Source of the DNA: Anaeramoeba ignava BMAN
Lineage: Eukaryota > Protista > Anaeramoebae
DNA: 64,000 bases
Direction: 5' to 3'
NCBI GenBank assembly: GCA_028826165.1
Contig: JAPDFW010000147.1
Location: 558,001-622,000 of the forward strand
The stretch's first letter is position 1, and the number at the start of each line of letters is the position of its first letter. Shown in pieces: positions 16,001 to 27,800 of this stretch. The notes below the pieces were generated by a model, which saw only the letters and a list, made by a program, of their open reading frames with translations, did not search any database and was not told where the DNA came from. A program made the position numbers and the translations under genes.

Positions 16001-16545
16001 TTACATATTAAATTATAATTAAAATTTGTTTTTGTATTTTAAATTATAATTAAATTTATTTTGTATTTTAAATTATAATTAAATTTATTTTGTATTTTAA
16101 ATTATAATTAAATTTATTTTGTGTATTAAATTATAATTAAATTTATTTTTGTATATTTTAAATTATAATTAAATTTATTTTGTAAATTAAATTATAATTA
16201 AATTTATTTTGTATTTTAAATTATAATTAAATTTATTTTGTGTATTAAATTATAATTAAATTTATTTTGTACTTTTGTTTCTGAATTATAACATTTTGAA
16301 TATAATTCATTATCATCAATAAGTAATGCAATTCTTTCTATTGAAACTTCTAAAATGCATTGTTTATCAAGAAGAACATGCATTAAATCTGTTTGTAAAA
16401 AATCTAATGAAGTTGTTGTTTCTCTAATAAATTCAACTTGAAATAAAGCACCTCCTTCAGAAAAATATTGAACAACAAATTCCTTTAATTTTTTTTTGGT
16501 TTTATCTTCAAGATATTGTTGTTGTGGATTTGGAGTAGGAATCAT
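13014..16545 (-). CDS. Hypothetical protein, 4 exons (16273..16545, 14169..14346, 13597..13808, 13014..13457)
   Basis: ORF fragments join in frame through GT..AG introns: ...YNSETK|IDLDPKEQ...GHILG|VKFESRA...NEATK|LFKIVGDK...EKKKD*. No family recognised. Confidence 0.7.
14400..16270. repeat. ~29-30-bp satellite (TTTATTTTGTATATTAAATTATAATTAAA) in intron 1 of the hypothetical gene
   Basis: Tandem array seen directly inside intron 14347..16272. Confidence 0.9.
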
Positions 16546-16622
16546 TTAAGAAAAAAAATGAAAAAAATGAAAAAATGAAAAAAATTGTTTTTTTTTGTTT
16601 TCATTTTTTTTCTTTCTTTAAA

Positions 16623-18302
16623 ATGAGTTTATATTCAATTCTTCGTTTTATTTTTGGTTTTTTAATTGTTGTTTATATTGCAGTTCATTATTTCCAATCA
16701 AAATTTCTTTATTATCCAAATACACCTCCAAATTCACGTGAAATTGTAAATTAAAGCAATTTTAATCAAGAAAAAAAAATTTCTAATCAAAAATAAAATA
16801 ATATTTTTTTTTCTTTTCTTTTCTTTTGTTTTTTTAACACAAAATTTTTTTCTAGTTTGAAGATCCTTCATTTTATCCAATGCCTTCAAAAGAAGTCTGT
16901 TTTTTTTTGATTAAAAATTCACTTTATTTATACATTTCAAATTAAAATCATTTTTAAATCGTTTTTTTTTTTATTAAAATGAATGATCAAAAAATTTCAA
17001 TTATTTTCATTTAAAATATTTTATTCTCAAATTGGATTCTTTTAGCTTTGGGTTACAACATCAGATAATATTCTTTTGCATTGTGTTCTTTTTATCAAGT
17101 CTAAAAATTCACCAACAATGATATATTTTCATGGCAATGCAGGAAGTAATTAATATTAATTTTAATTTTCAAAATGAATTTTAATTTTAATTTTAATTTT
17201 AATTTTAATTTTAATTTTAATTTTAATTTTAATTTTAATTTTAATTTTAATTTTAATTTTAATTTTAATTTTAATTTTAATTTTAATTTTAATTTTAATT
17301 TAATAAGATATTGGCCATCGTTTTCCCATGATTGAACATATATTTAGACATTTGGATATAAATTTCTTTTTAGTTGAATATCGAGGGTGATTTAATCTTA
17401 ATTTAAAACTTCCTAAAATACTTTAAACCATTTTAAACAAATTATATTGATAAATTATTGATAAATTATTGATAAATTATATTTATAAATTATATTGATA
17501 AATTATTTATAAATTATATTGATAAATTATATTGATAAATTATATTGATAAATTATATTTATAAATTATATTTATAAATTATATTGATAAAATATTGATA
17601 AATATTGATAAATATTTATAAATATAGATTTGGGAAAAGTAATGGAACCCCAAGTGAAAGTGGATTAAAAAAAGATTCAAGAGCAGCATTAAAATTTTTA
17701 TCTGAAACAGATCTATTAACTTGTCATCAATTTTTTGTTTTTGGAAGATCACTTGGAGGAGCAATAGCAATTGATTTAGTTGCAAATACAGAAAAATATG
17801 TTAATTTTTTTCAATTCAAAATATGAGACAATTCTTTTTACAAATAATATTTCTTATCAAAAATTTTGAACAAAAAAAAATAGAAAGAAAACATTATTGC
17901 TCTTATTGTTGAAAATACCTTTACTTCAGTTCCTGAAATGGCTAAACATTTACTTCCTTTTACAAAATATTTTCCTTTTCTTGTTCATATTAAATGGAAT
18001 AGTGAAAAATCAATTCAAAAAATTGAAGCTCCTATTCTCTTTTTATCTGGACAAAAAGATGAATTAATGTAATTTATTTTTATCTATTATTTATTTAGTT
18101 ATTATTTTATTCATTCAAATTATTTAAATTATTTAGTCCTCCTTTTATGATGAGAAAACTTTATCTTAATGCTAAAAATTCAAGAAATCCTGTCTTTTTT
18201 TCTTTAGAAAATGGAACACATATGACAACTTGGAATGAATATGGATATGATAAAAAATTAAAAGAATTTATTAATTCTTATCTTCCAAAAAAGGATAATT
18301 AA
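16623..18302 (+). CDS. ABHD13: Alpha/beta hydrolase of the ABHD13/Bem46 family, ~7 exons
   Basis: N-terminal TM segment plus FQSKFLYYP, IYFHGNAGNIGHR, VEYRGFGKSNGTPSESGLKKD, nucleophile motif FGRSLGGA, IVENTFTS, LSGQKDELIPP and GTH. Exons are bounded by GT/AG. Confidence 0.9.
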
Positions 18303-18361
18303 AATAATGAAATAATTCCATTTTTCCTTTTTCTTTTCCTTTTTAAACAATAAATAAATCA

Positions 18362-20065
18362 TAAATAATTTCATTTTATTAATTTATTTCAAAAAAATTA
18401 AATAATATTAAATTAATATATTTAATTAATTTTTATATTCAAAAATAGAATAAATAAAATAATGGAATAATTTTATTTTTTATATTAATTTTTATTTTAA
18501 AAAATAAATAATTTCATTTTATTAATTTATTTCAAAAAAATTGAATAATATTTAATTAATATTTTTAATTAATTTTTATATTCAAAAATAGAATAAATAA
18601 AATAATGAAATAATTTTATTTTTTATATTAATTTTTATATTTAAAAAATAAATAATTTCATTTTATTATTTTATTTCAAAAATTAAATAATATTAAATTA
18701 ATATATTTAATTAATTTTTATATTCAAAAATAGAATAAATAAAATAATGGAATAATTTTATTTTTATATTAATTTTATATTTTAAAAAATAAATAATTTT
18801 ATTTTATTAATTTATTTCAAAAATTGAATAATATTTAATTAATATTTTTAATTAATTTTTATATTCAAAAAGAGAATAAATAAAATAATGAAATAATTTT
18901 ATTTTTATATTAATTTTTATATTTAAAAATAAATAACTTCATTTTATTATTTTATTTCAAAAATTAAATAATATTAAATTAATATATTTAATTAATTTTT
19001 ATATTCAAAAAGAGAATAAATAAAATAATGGAATGATTTTATTTTTGTATTAATTTTTATATTTAAAAATAAATAATTTTATTTTATTATTTTATTTCAA
19101 AAATTGAATAATATTTAATTAATATTTTTAATTAATTTTTATATTCAAAAAGAGAATAAATAAAATAATGAAATAATTCTATTTTTTATATTAATTTTTA
19201 TATTTTAAAAAATAAATAATTTCATTTTATTAATTTATTTCAAAAATTAAATAATATTTAAATTAATATTTTTAATTAATTTTTATATTCAAAAATAGAA
19301 TAAATAAAATAATGAAATAATTTTATTTTTATATTAATTTTTATATTTAAAAATAAATAATTTCATTTTATTATTTTATTTCAAAAATTAAATAATATTT
19401 AATTAATATTTTTAATTAATTTTTATATTCAAAAAGAGAATAAATAAAATAATGGAATGATTTTATTTTTATATTAATTTTTATATTTAAAAATAAATAA
19501 TTTAATTTTATTAATTTATTTCAAAAATTAAATAATATTTAAATTAATATTTTTAATTAATTTTTATATTCAAAAATAGAATAAATAAAATAATGAAATA
19601 ATTTTATTTTTATATTAATTTTTATATTTAAAAATAAATAATTTCATTTTATTAATTTATTTCAAAAAAATTAAATAATATTAAATTAATATTTTTAATT
19701 AATTTTTATATTCAAAAAGAATAAATAAAATAATGGAATAATTTTATTTTTATATTAATTTTTATATTTAAAAATAAATAATTTCATTTTATTAATTTAT
19801 TTCAAAAAAATTAAATAATATTTAATTAATATTTTTAATTAATTTTTATATTCAAAAATAGAATAATTAAAATAATGAAATAATTTTATTTTTTATATTA
19901 ATTTTTATATTTAAAAAATAAATAATTTCATTTTATTAATTTATTTCAAAAAAATTAAATAATATTAAATTAATATTTATAATTAATTTTTATATTCAAA
20001 AATAGAATAAATAAAATAATGGAATGATTCTATTTTTTATATTAATTTTTATGTTTAAAAAATAA
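18362..20065. repeat. ~140-bp intergenic tandem repeat, ~12 copies
   Basis: The anchor TTCAAAAA(T/G)AGAATAAATAAAATAATG recurs at roughly 140-143-bp intervals (about 18438, 18581, 18723 and onward). Confidence 0.9.
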
Positions 20066-20176
20066 ATTACATAATTTTTTTTCAAAATGAGTAATTTTTA
20101 CTAAAAAAACAAAAAAAAAAGAAAAAAATTTTTTTTTTTTTTCATTTTTTTCATTTTCTTTTAAATAAATTAGAGG

Positions 20177-21513
20177 ATGACAAGAGTCTATTCAAAAACA
20201 TCATCCACACCAAGAAGACCTTTTGAAAAAGAAAGAATTGACCAAGAGTTACAATTAGTAGGAGTTTTTGGTTTAAGAAATAAAAGAGAACTCTGGAGAG
20301 TTAGATATACATTTGCAAAATTAAGAAAAGCTGCAAGAACTTTATTAACACTTGATGAGAAAGGTTAATAAGTTAAAAAAAAATTTTTTTTCAAAATTAA
20401 AATCAAAATTAAAATTAAAATCAAAATTAAAATTAAAATTAAAATTAAAAATTTAATAATCAAAATTAAAATTAAAATTAAAATTAAAATCAATATTAAA
20501 ATTAAAATTAAAATTAAAATTAAAAATTAAAATTAAAATTAAAATTAAATATTAAAATTAATATTAAAAATTAAAATTAAAATTAAAAATCAAAATTAAA
20601 ATTAAAATTAATATTAATATTAAAATTAAAATTAAAATTAAAATTAAAATTAAAATTAAAATTAAAATTAAAATTAAAATTAAAATTAAAATTAAAATTA
20701 AAAATTAAAATTAAAATTAAAATTAAAATTAAAATTAAAATTAAAATTAAAATTTAAATATTAAAATTAAAATTAAAATTAAAATTAAAATTCATTTATA
20801 AAATTAAAAATTAAATTCAAATTAAAATTCATTTAAAATTAAAATTAAAATTAAAATTAAAATTAAAATTAAAATTAAAATTAAAAATTAAAATTAAAAT
20901 TAAAATCAATATTAAATTTAAATTCATTTATAAAATTAAAATTAAAATTAAAATTAAAATTAAATTTAAAATCAAAATTAAATTTAAAATCAAAATTCAA
21001 ATTAAAATTCATTTATAAAATTAAAATTAAAATTAAATTAATATTAAAATTCAAATTAAAATTAAAATTAAAATTCATTTATAAAATTTAAATTTAAATT
21101 CATTTATAAAATTAAAATTAAAATAAGATCCAAGAAGAATATTTGAAGGAGATGCTATTTTAAGAAGATTATCAAATCTTGGAATTCTTGATGCAGAACA
21201 TCAAAAACTGGATTATGTATTAGCATTAAAATTAGAAGACTTTTTAAACCGACGATTACAAACCCAAGTATTCAAAAAGGGTCTGGCTAAATCAATTCAC
21301 GAAGCCCGAGTTTTAATCCGACAAAGACACATTTGGGTTGGCAAACAATTAGTTGACGTACCATCATTTATGGTCAGCGTTGATTCACAAAAACAAATCA
21401 ATTTCTCTCCTTTCAGTCCACTTAATGGTGGAAGACCTGGAAGAGTTAAGAGAAAAATCATCAGAGAAAGAAAAAAGAAAAGTTCAGGTGGTGGTGATGA
21501 TGATGATAACTAG
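20177..21513 (+). CDS. RPS9: 40S ribosomal protein S9 (uS4), 2 exons: 20177..20363 and 21128..21513
   Basis: [32 protein letters not shown]...LLTLDEK|[15 protein letters not shown]...[28 protein letters not shown]...[10 protein letters not shown]. Confidence 0.96.
20395..21122. repeat. (AAAATT)n microsatellite filling the RPS9 intron
   Basis: Direct reading of intron 20364..21127. Confidence 0.95.
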
Positions 21514-21778
21514 ATATTTTTCTTTCAATTTATCTTACTTTTCACCTTTTTAATCATACATTTCCTTCCAATAAAAAATTAAACCGTTTCCTTCTTTTTC
21601 TTTTCTTTTTCTTTTCTTTTCTTTTTTCAAAATAACTTCAAAATAAATTCATAAACAAAAATATTATTTTCTCTTTCTTGTTTTTGGTTTAATTTTTTTT
21701 AAAAACAATTCACACAAAAAAAAAAAGAAATAAGTGAACATTTTTCCTTTCTTTTTTTTTCTTCTTCTTCTTCTTCTT

Positions 21779-23286
21779 CTACTTTTCTAAAAAATCTTTA
21801 AATATTTCTTCCAATTTTTTTCTCATTTCTTGATTACCTTCAACAGATAAAAGCATTTCTTTCATTTCTTTCTTGTTTTTTTCTTGAATTTGTAATTGAA
21901 TTTCTTTTTCTTTTCGATTTTTTTCAATTTTATCAGCTAATCTTAATAATTTTTGATCATAAGAATAAATTAATTCTTTATATCTATTTTTAGATTTTTG
22001 ATAATTTTCTAAAAGTTTCAAAACATTTTCATCTTTTGAATGGAAATGTTGGATTATAATTTTAGAAAGTGAATTTGTAATGTTGCTTATTTCTTCATTT
22101 TTTTCTGAATTTTTTTTTAATTTATTCAGAAGAGACAAGATTTTTTGTTTACAATTTAAAAGTTCAATTTCCAAATCAATAAATTTCCCAACTCCATTGA
22201 TAGTATTTTGGTTATGTTCTTGTTCTTTTTCTCTCTCTTTCTCTTTTTCTTTTTCTTTATCTTTTTCTTGTTCTTTTTCATTTTTACTATTTTCTGAGTT
22301 CATCATCTTGGCAATTTCTTGGTTTATATTTTCAATTTCTTGGTTTATATTTTGGATTGATATTTTTGGATTGATTTCGTTCATTTTCTCGATATCAAAA
22401 TCTTCTAAAAGTTCATCATCACTTTGATCATCTAAATTTGGGATATTTGATTTTGTTGAGAAATCATGAAAGGAATTTGGATTAAAAATTCCGTTTCTTT
22501 TGGGTTGTGTGATTATTTCTGAGAAAATATCAACATCTTCATCATAAAAAGATAGATCTCCTGATTCTGTCATTGTATCATAAATGGAAAATTCATTCAT
22601 CGTTGTTTGATTGGATTCTTCTAATTCTTCTGTTTCTAATGGATTTGCTCCTTCTTGGAATTGAATTGGAAAATATTCATAATTTTGGAAAATAACTGGA
22701 GTTAACTAAATTATTTAATTATTTAATTAAAATCATTTTACAAAAGAAAAAAATTAGTTAGAAAATCACAAATAAAAAAAAATAAGATCTTAATAAGAAA
22801 TTTTAATAAAAAAAAAATAAAAAAAAAGTTATAAAATGTTTACAATAAGTTGAGCCCAAAAAGGTTTATTTTGATAATCTTTTAATTGAAATGGAAAAAC
22901 ATGAGAAACAACAGAATTGGTTTGTTTAGAAGTTCTAAATAAATTTTAAATAAAAACAAAAGAAAAAAAATTAATAAGAAAAGAAAAAAAAAAGCAAAAA
23001 AAAAAATTTACTTTGAAACAGCAGATAGAATTAAAACAATTGCTTTATGTGTAATTTCTTTCATATGAGGTTGAAAATCTGGACAAATTTCTGCAAAAGG
23101 TGTTGATTGTAATGAATTTAAATTTGGATACTTTAATAATTTAACAAGGGATTCATTCACAAACGAAAAATTTCCATTTGGTGCAACAACTGCAAATGCT
23201 GATTCACAAGTCATTAATTGACTTAATATTTTTGTGCATTGTTTTTTAGTGATTTTCTTTTTAGATAAAATGACTTGATTTCCCAT
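21779..23286 (-). CDS. PAS-domain / coiled-coil protein with a possible N-myristoylation start (MGNQ), 3 exons
   Basis: Exon 1 has AFAVVAPNGNFSFVNESLVKLLKY...PFAEICPDFQP (PAS-like). A short exon at ~22844-22935 (FQLKDYQNKPFWAQLI) supplies a PAC-like strand. The last exon contains ORF 21779..22600, which is coiled-coil. Confidence 0.65.
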
Positions 23287-23739
23287 TTATATTTAATAAG
23301 AAATTTTTTTGTATTATTTAAAATTTTAATTTTTATAAAAAAATTTAAAAGAAGATGAAAGAATTTGAATAACGGTTTAATTTGAGTTTAATTTAATTTT
23401 GATTTAATTTGAATTTAAATTTGAATTTTGATTTGAATTTTAATTTTAAATTTGAGATTGGCAAAAAAAGAGAAAATGATATTTTTTTTTTTATTTAAAA
23501 ATTTTTTTTTCCCTTTTTTTTATTTTATTATTTTATTTTTTTTTTTTGATTAAAATCTCAAATCAAAAAAAAAGGAGAAGAGAGAAGGAAATGGGAAAAA
23601 AAATAGAAAAGAAAGTTAAGAGAGAAAAAAGAAGGGAATTTTTCTTTTTTGGAATTTTTCTTTTTGGAATTTTCTTTTTGGAATTTTTCTTTTTGGAATT
23701 TTTCTTTTTGGAATTTTTCTTTTTGGAATTTTTTTGAAT

Positions 23740-24718
23740 TTAATTCTTCTTGACTTTAGGTTCCAATTTCTCAAACATATCTTTAACCATTTCATCTAAA
23801 GCATAATCAGGACGCCATTTCCAATCTCTTCTAGCAATTGAATCATCAATACTTTTTGGCCAAGTATCAGCAATTTTCTGACGGAAATCAGGATTATAAC
23901 TAATAGAAAATCTTGGCATTTTAACTTTTCTAATTGAATCAGCAAGTTCTTTTGGGGTAAAAGACATTGCAGTGATATTATAAGTGCGTTGAGATAAACG
24001 GTTTTCAGGAACTTCAGAAAGATCTTGGATTCCCTTCAAACAATCAGGCATGTAAAGCATAGGAAGCGCACAGTTTTTCATCAAGAAAACAAGTGTATTG
24101 TCCTTTTGTCAAGGCTTCATAAAAAATCTCAATTGCATAATCAGTTGTTCCTCCGCCAGGAAGTGCTTCACTTGAGATGATTCCTGGAAGTCTTAACGAG
24201 CGAAAATCCACTCCGAAGCGTTTTTGATAATACTCGCCTAATAGTTCAGTATACACTTTCGTCACCCCGTAAATTGTTGTCGGCCGTTGAACCGTTATAT
24301 CGGGGGTTTGTTCTTTTGGGGTTTGCGGTCCAAAAGCTGCTATTGTCGAAGGTGCAATTACTTGGAACTTGTGGGACTTTGACAGCTCTAATACGTTCTG
24401 GATCCCTGTCGCATTGACTTTGAGTGCTACGTCTGGCATCTTCTCCCCAAGTGCTGACAAGACAGTGGCAAGATGGAAAACTGTGTCAATGTTGTGTTTG
24501 ACAATGAGTTGGGCTAAGGTGTCAATGTTCGTTACATCTCCATATTCAAAAGGTCCGTCAATGCTGAAGTGATTTTTGCTTGGTTTTTTAATGTCACTTG
24601 CAATTACATTTTCTGGTCCGTAAGCTTTTCTTAATCTTGACACTAATTCTGTACCAATTTGCCCAAGTGATCCTGTGACAAGAATTCTTTTTTGAGTTTG
24701 TGCTGGTTTAATTGACAT
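23740..24718 (-). CDS. TDH: L-threonine 3-dehydrogenase (SDR/epimerase type), intronless; apparent one-base insertion at the T5 run 24074-24078
   Basis: ILVTGSLGQIG, HLATVLSALGE, PSTIAAFGP, RPTTIYGVTK, PGGGTTDYA, LPMLYMPDC, RQKIADTWP. Removing one base restores FLDENCALPM. Confidence 0.9.
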
Positions 24719-24806
24719 TAAAAAGGAAAAAAATGAAAGGAAAAAAATAAAATAAAAAAATTTTTTTTTTCATTTTTCATTTTTTATTTTTCATTTTTCA
24801 TTTTTA
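24719..24806. promoter_or_regulatory. 88-bp divergent promoter (TDH / PUF60) with strand-oriented TCATTT initiator-like motifs
   Basis: AAAATGAAA on the TDH side and repeated TTTCATTTTT on the PUF60 side. The same arrangement occurs at 16546..16622 and 38980..39059. Confidence 0.5.
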
Positions 24807-27800
24807 ATGTCAAATTCTCAAGAAAAACAAAAACAAGAACAAAAACAAGAACAAAAACAAGAACAAAAACAAAAACAAAAAAAAAGAAAAAGTAATCAAT
24901 CTATTGAAAATCAATCCCATTCAAAAAAACATAAACATCATAAACATAAAAAATCCCATCATTCAAATGATTTGATTAGCAGCATTACAATCTCTTCATT
25001 TTCTCATTCATCTTCAACTGAATCATATTCTAAATCTAAATCTATTTCTATTTCTCCAAAAAGAAATAAAAAATATAATCCAAAAAAACATCATCGAAAA
25101 CACAAAAGTCATCAACATAAACATCATAAAAAACAACGACATTACCACAAAAAGCATTATCATAAAAAGCATCATCAACACAAACGTCATTCAAAATCAA
25201 AAAAACAAATATTAAAATATTTAGAAAGAAAAAAAAGAAATTTAAAGTCATCAACATCAACTTCAACTTCAAGATCAACATCAACATCAACTTCAACTTC
25301 AATTTCAACTTCAACTTCAACATCAACATCAACATCAACATCAACATCAACATCAACTTCAAGATCTAGATCAACTTCAAGATCTAAATCAACATCAATG
25401 TCAACTTCAAGATCTAGATCAAAATATAAACCAATGTCAAATTTTAAATCTAATTCAAAATTAATGCCAAATTTTAAATCTAATTCAAAGTCATATTCAA
25501 AATCAAAATCAATGTCAATTTCAAGATCAAATTCTCCAATTGATTCCAAATCACAATTTCCAGTATTATTTATTTTTATTTATTAAAAAGGATTAAAATG
25601 CAAATCAATTCAAAAAAAAAATGCAAAATATATATAACAATTAGATCATTTTTTTTCATTAATTTCACATTTTCATTGGATATTATAATTTAATTTTTCA
25701 TTTTAAAACAAATTCAAACTTTCATTTTAAAACAAATTTAAACTTTCATTTTAAAACAAATTCAAACTTTCATTTTAAAACAAATTCAAACTTTCATTTC
25801 ATTTTAAATCAAATTCAAACTTTCATTTTAAATCAAATTCAAACTTTCAGTTTTAAATCAAATTCAAAATTTCATTTTAAATCAAATTCAAAATTTCATT
25901 TTAAATCAAATTTAAACTTTCATTTTAAATCAAATTCAAACTTTCATTTTAAATCAAATTCAAACTTTCATTTTAAATCAAATTCAAAATTTCATTTTAA
26001 ATCAAATTTAAACTTTAGTTTTAAATCAAATTCAAAATTTCATTTTAAATCAAATTTAAACTTTCGTTTTAAATCAAATTCAAACTTTTATTTTAAATCA
26101 AATTCCAACTTTTATTTTAAATCAAATTCAAACTTTCATTTTAAATCAAATTCAAACTTTCATTTTAAAACAAATTTCAAAATTTCATTTTAAATCAAAT
26201 TCAAAATTTCATTTTAAATCAAATTCAAACTTTCATTTTAAATCAAATTCAAACTTTCATTTTAAAACAAATTCAAACTTTCATTTTAAATTAAATTCAA
26301 ACTTTAGTTTTAAATCAAATTCAAAATTTCATTTTAAATCAAATTTAAACTTTCGTTTTAAATCAAATTCAAACTTTCATTTTAAAACAAATTCAAACTT
26401 TCATTTTAAAACAAATTCAAACTTTCATTTTAAATCAAATTCAAAATTTCATTTTAAATCAAATTTAAACTTTCGTTTTAAATCAAATTCAAACTTTCAT
26501 TTTAAATCAAATTTCAAAATTTCATTTTAAATCAAATTTAAACTTTCATTTTAAATCAAATTCAAACTTTCATTTTAAATCAAATTCAAAATTTCATTTT
26601 AAATCAAATTTAAACTTTCGTTTTAAATCAAATTCAAAATTTCATTTTAAATCAAATTCAAAATTTAGTTTTAAAACAAATTTCAAAATTTCATTTTAAA
26701 TCAAATTTAAACTTTCATTTTAAAACAAATTTCAAAATTTCATTTTAAATCAAATTTAAACTTTCATTTTAAAACAAATTTCAAAATTTCATTTTAAATC
26801 AAATTCAAACTTTCATTTTAAAACAAATTCAAACTTTCATTTTAAAACAAATTCAAACTTTCATTTTAAATTAAATTCAAAATTTAGTTTTAAATCAAAT
26901 TCAAAATTTCATTTTAAATCAAATTTAAACTTTCATTTTAAATCAAATTCAAACTTTCATTTTAAAACAAATTCAAAATTTCATTTTAAAACAAATTCAA
27001 AATTTAGTTTTAAAACAAATTCAAAATTTAGTTTTAAATCAAATTCGAACTTTCATTTTAAATCAAATTTAAACTTTCATTTTAAATCAAATTTAAACTT
27101 TCATTTTAAAACAAATTCAAAATTTAGTTTTATATCAAATTTAAAATTTCATTTTAAAACAAATTCAAAATTTCATTTTAAATCAAATTCAAAATTTCAT
27201 TTTAAATCAAATTTAAACTTTCATTTTAAAACAAATTCAAAATTTAGTTTTATATCAAATTCAAAATTTCATTTTAAATTAAATTATTTGTGTTTATCAA
27301 TTAATTCATTTATCTTATTTAATTTCCATTGTTTTTATTTAATTAATTAATAAATTAGATAGGAGAAATCAAAGAAAATAACACAAATTTACAAAATAAT
27401 TATTCAGTATACATATCTAATATTGATTTAGGATTGACCCAAATTGATATTAAAAGAAAATTTGATTCTTATGGGAGAATTAAGAGCATTTATATGCCAA
27501 AAGTATTGAATCAAAATATCAATTTTCATTTTTTAAACTTAATTTACAATTTTAAATCCAAATATTTTCTTTTTCTTTTTTAAACAAAAAAGGATCCTGT
27601 TACTCAAAAACATAAACAATATGCAATAATTGAATATTTTGATTATGAATCATCAAATAAAGCACTTTCTGCAAATTCAACAATTTTAGCTGGAAAGTAT
27701 TTATTTATTTTTTAAAAACAATTACTAAATAATTTTTAAATATAAATTTAAAACAACAAAATTAATATTTTTTGGAAATAGAGAAATCTCAGTTATTTTA

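Noticed and set aside
24044-24084. Programmed frameshift or pseudogene in TDH
   Set aside because: A single extra base in a homopolymer explains it, and similar breaks occur in TRRAP, PUF60, EDC4, Myb and the transposase. Uncorrected sequencing indels are more parsimonious; read polishing would settle it.
23740-24718. Recent horizontal transfer of TDH, suggested by higher GC and no introns
   Set aside because: Other clearly host genes (ankyrin, Myb) have similar GC-richer cores. No phylogeny is available to support transfer.
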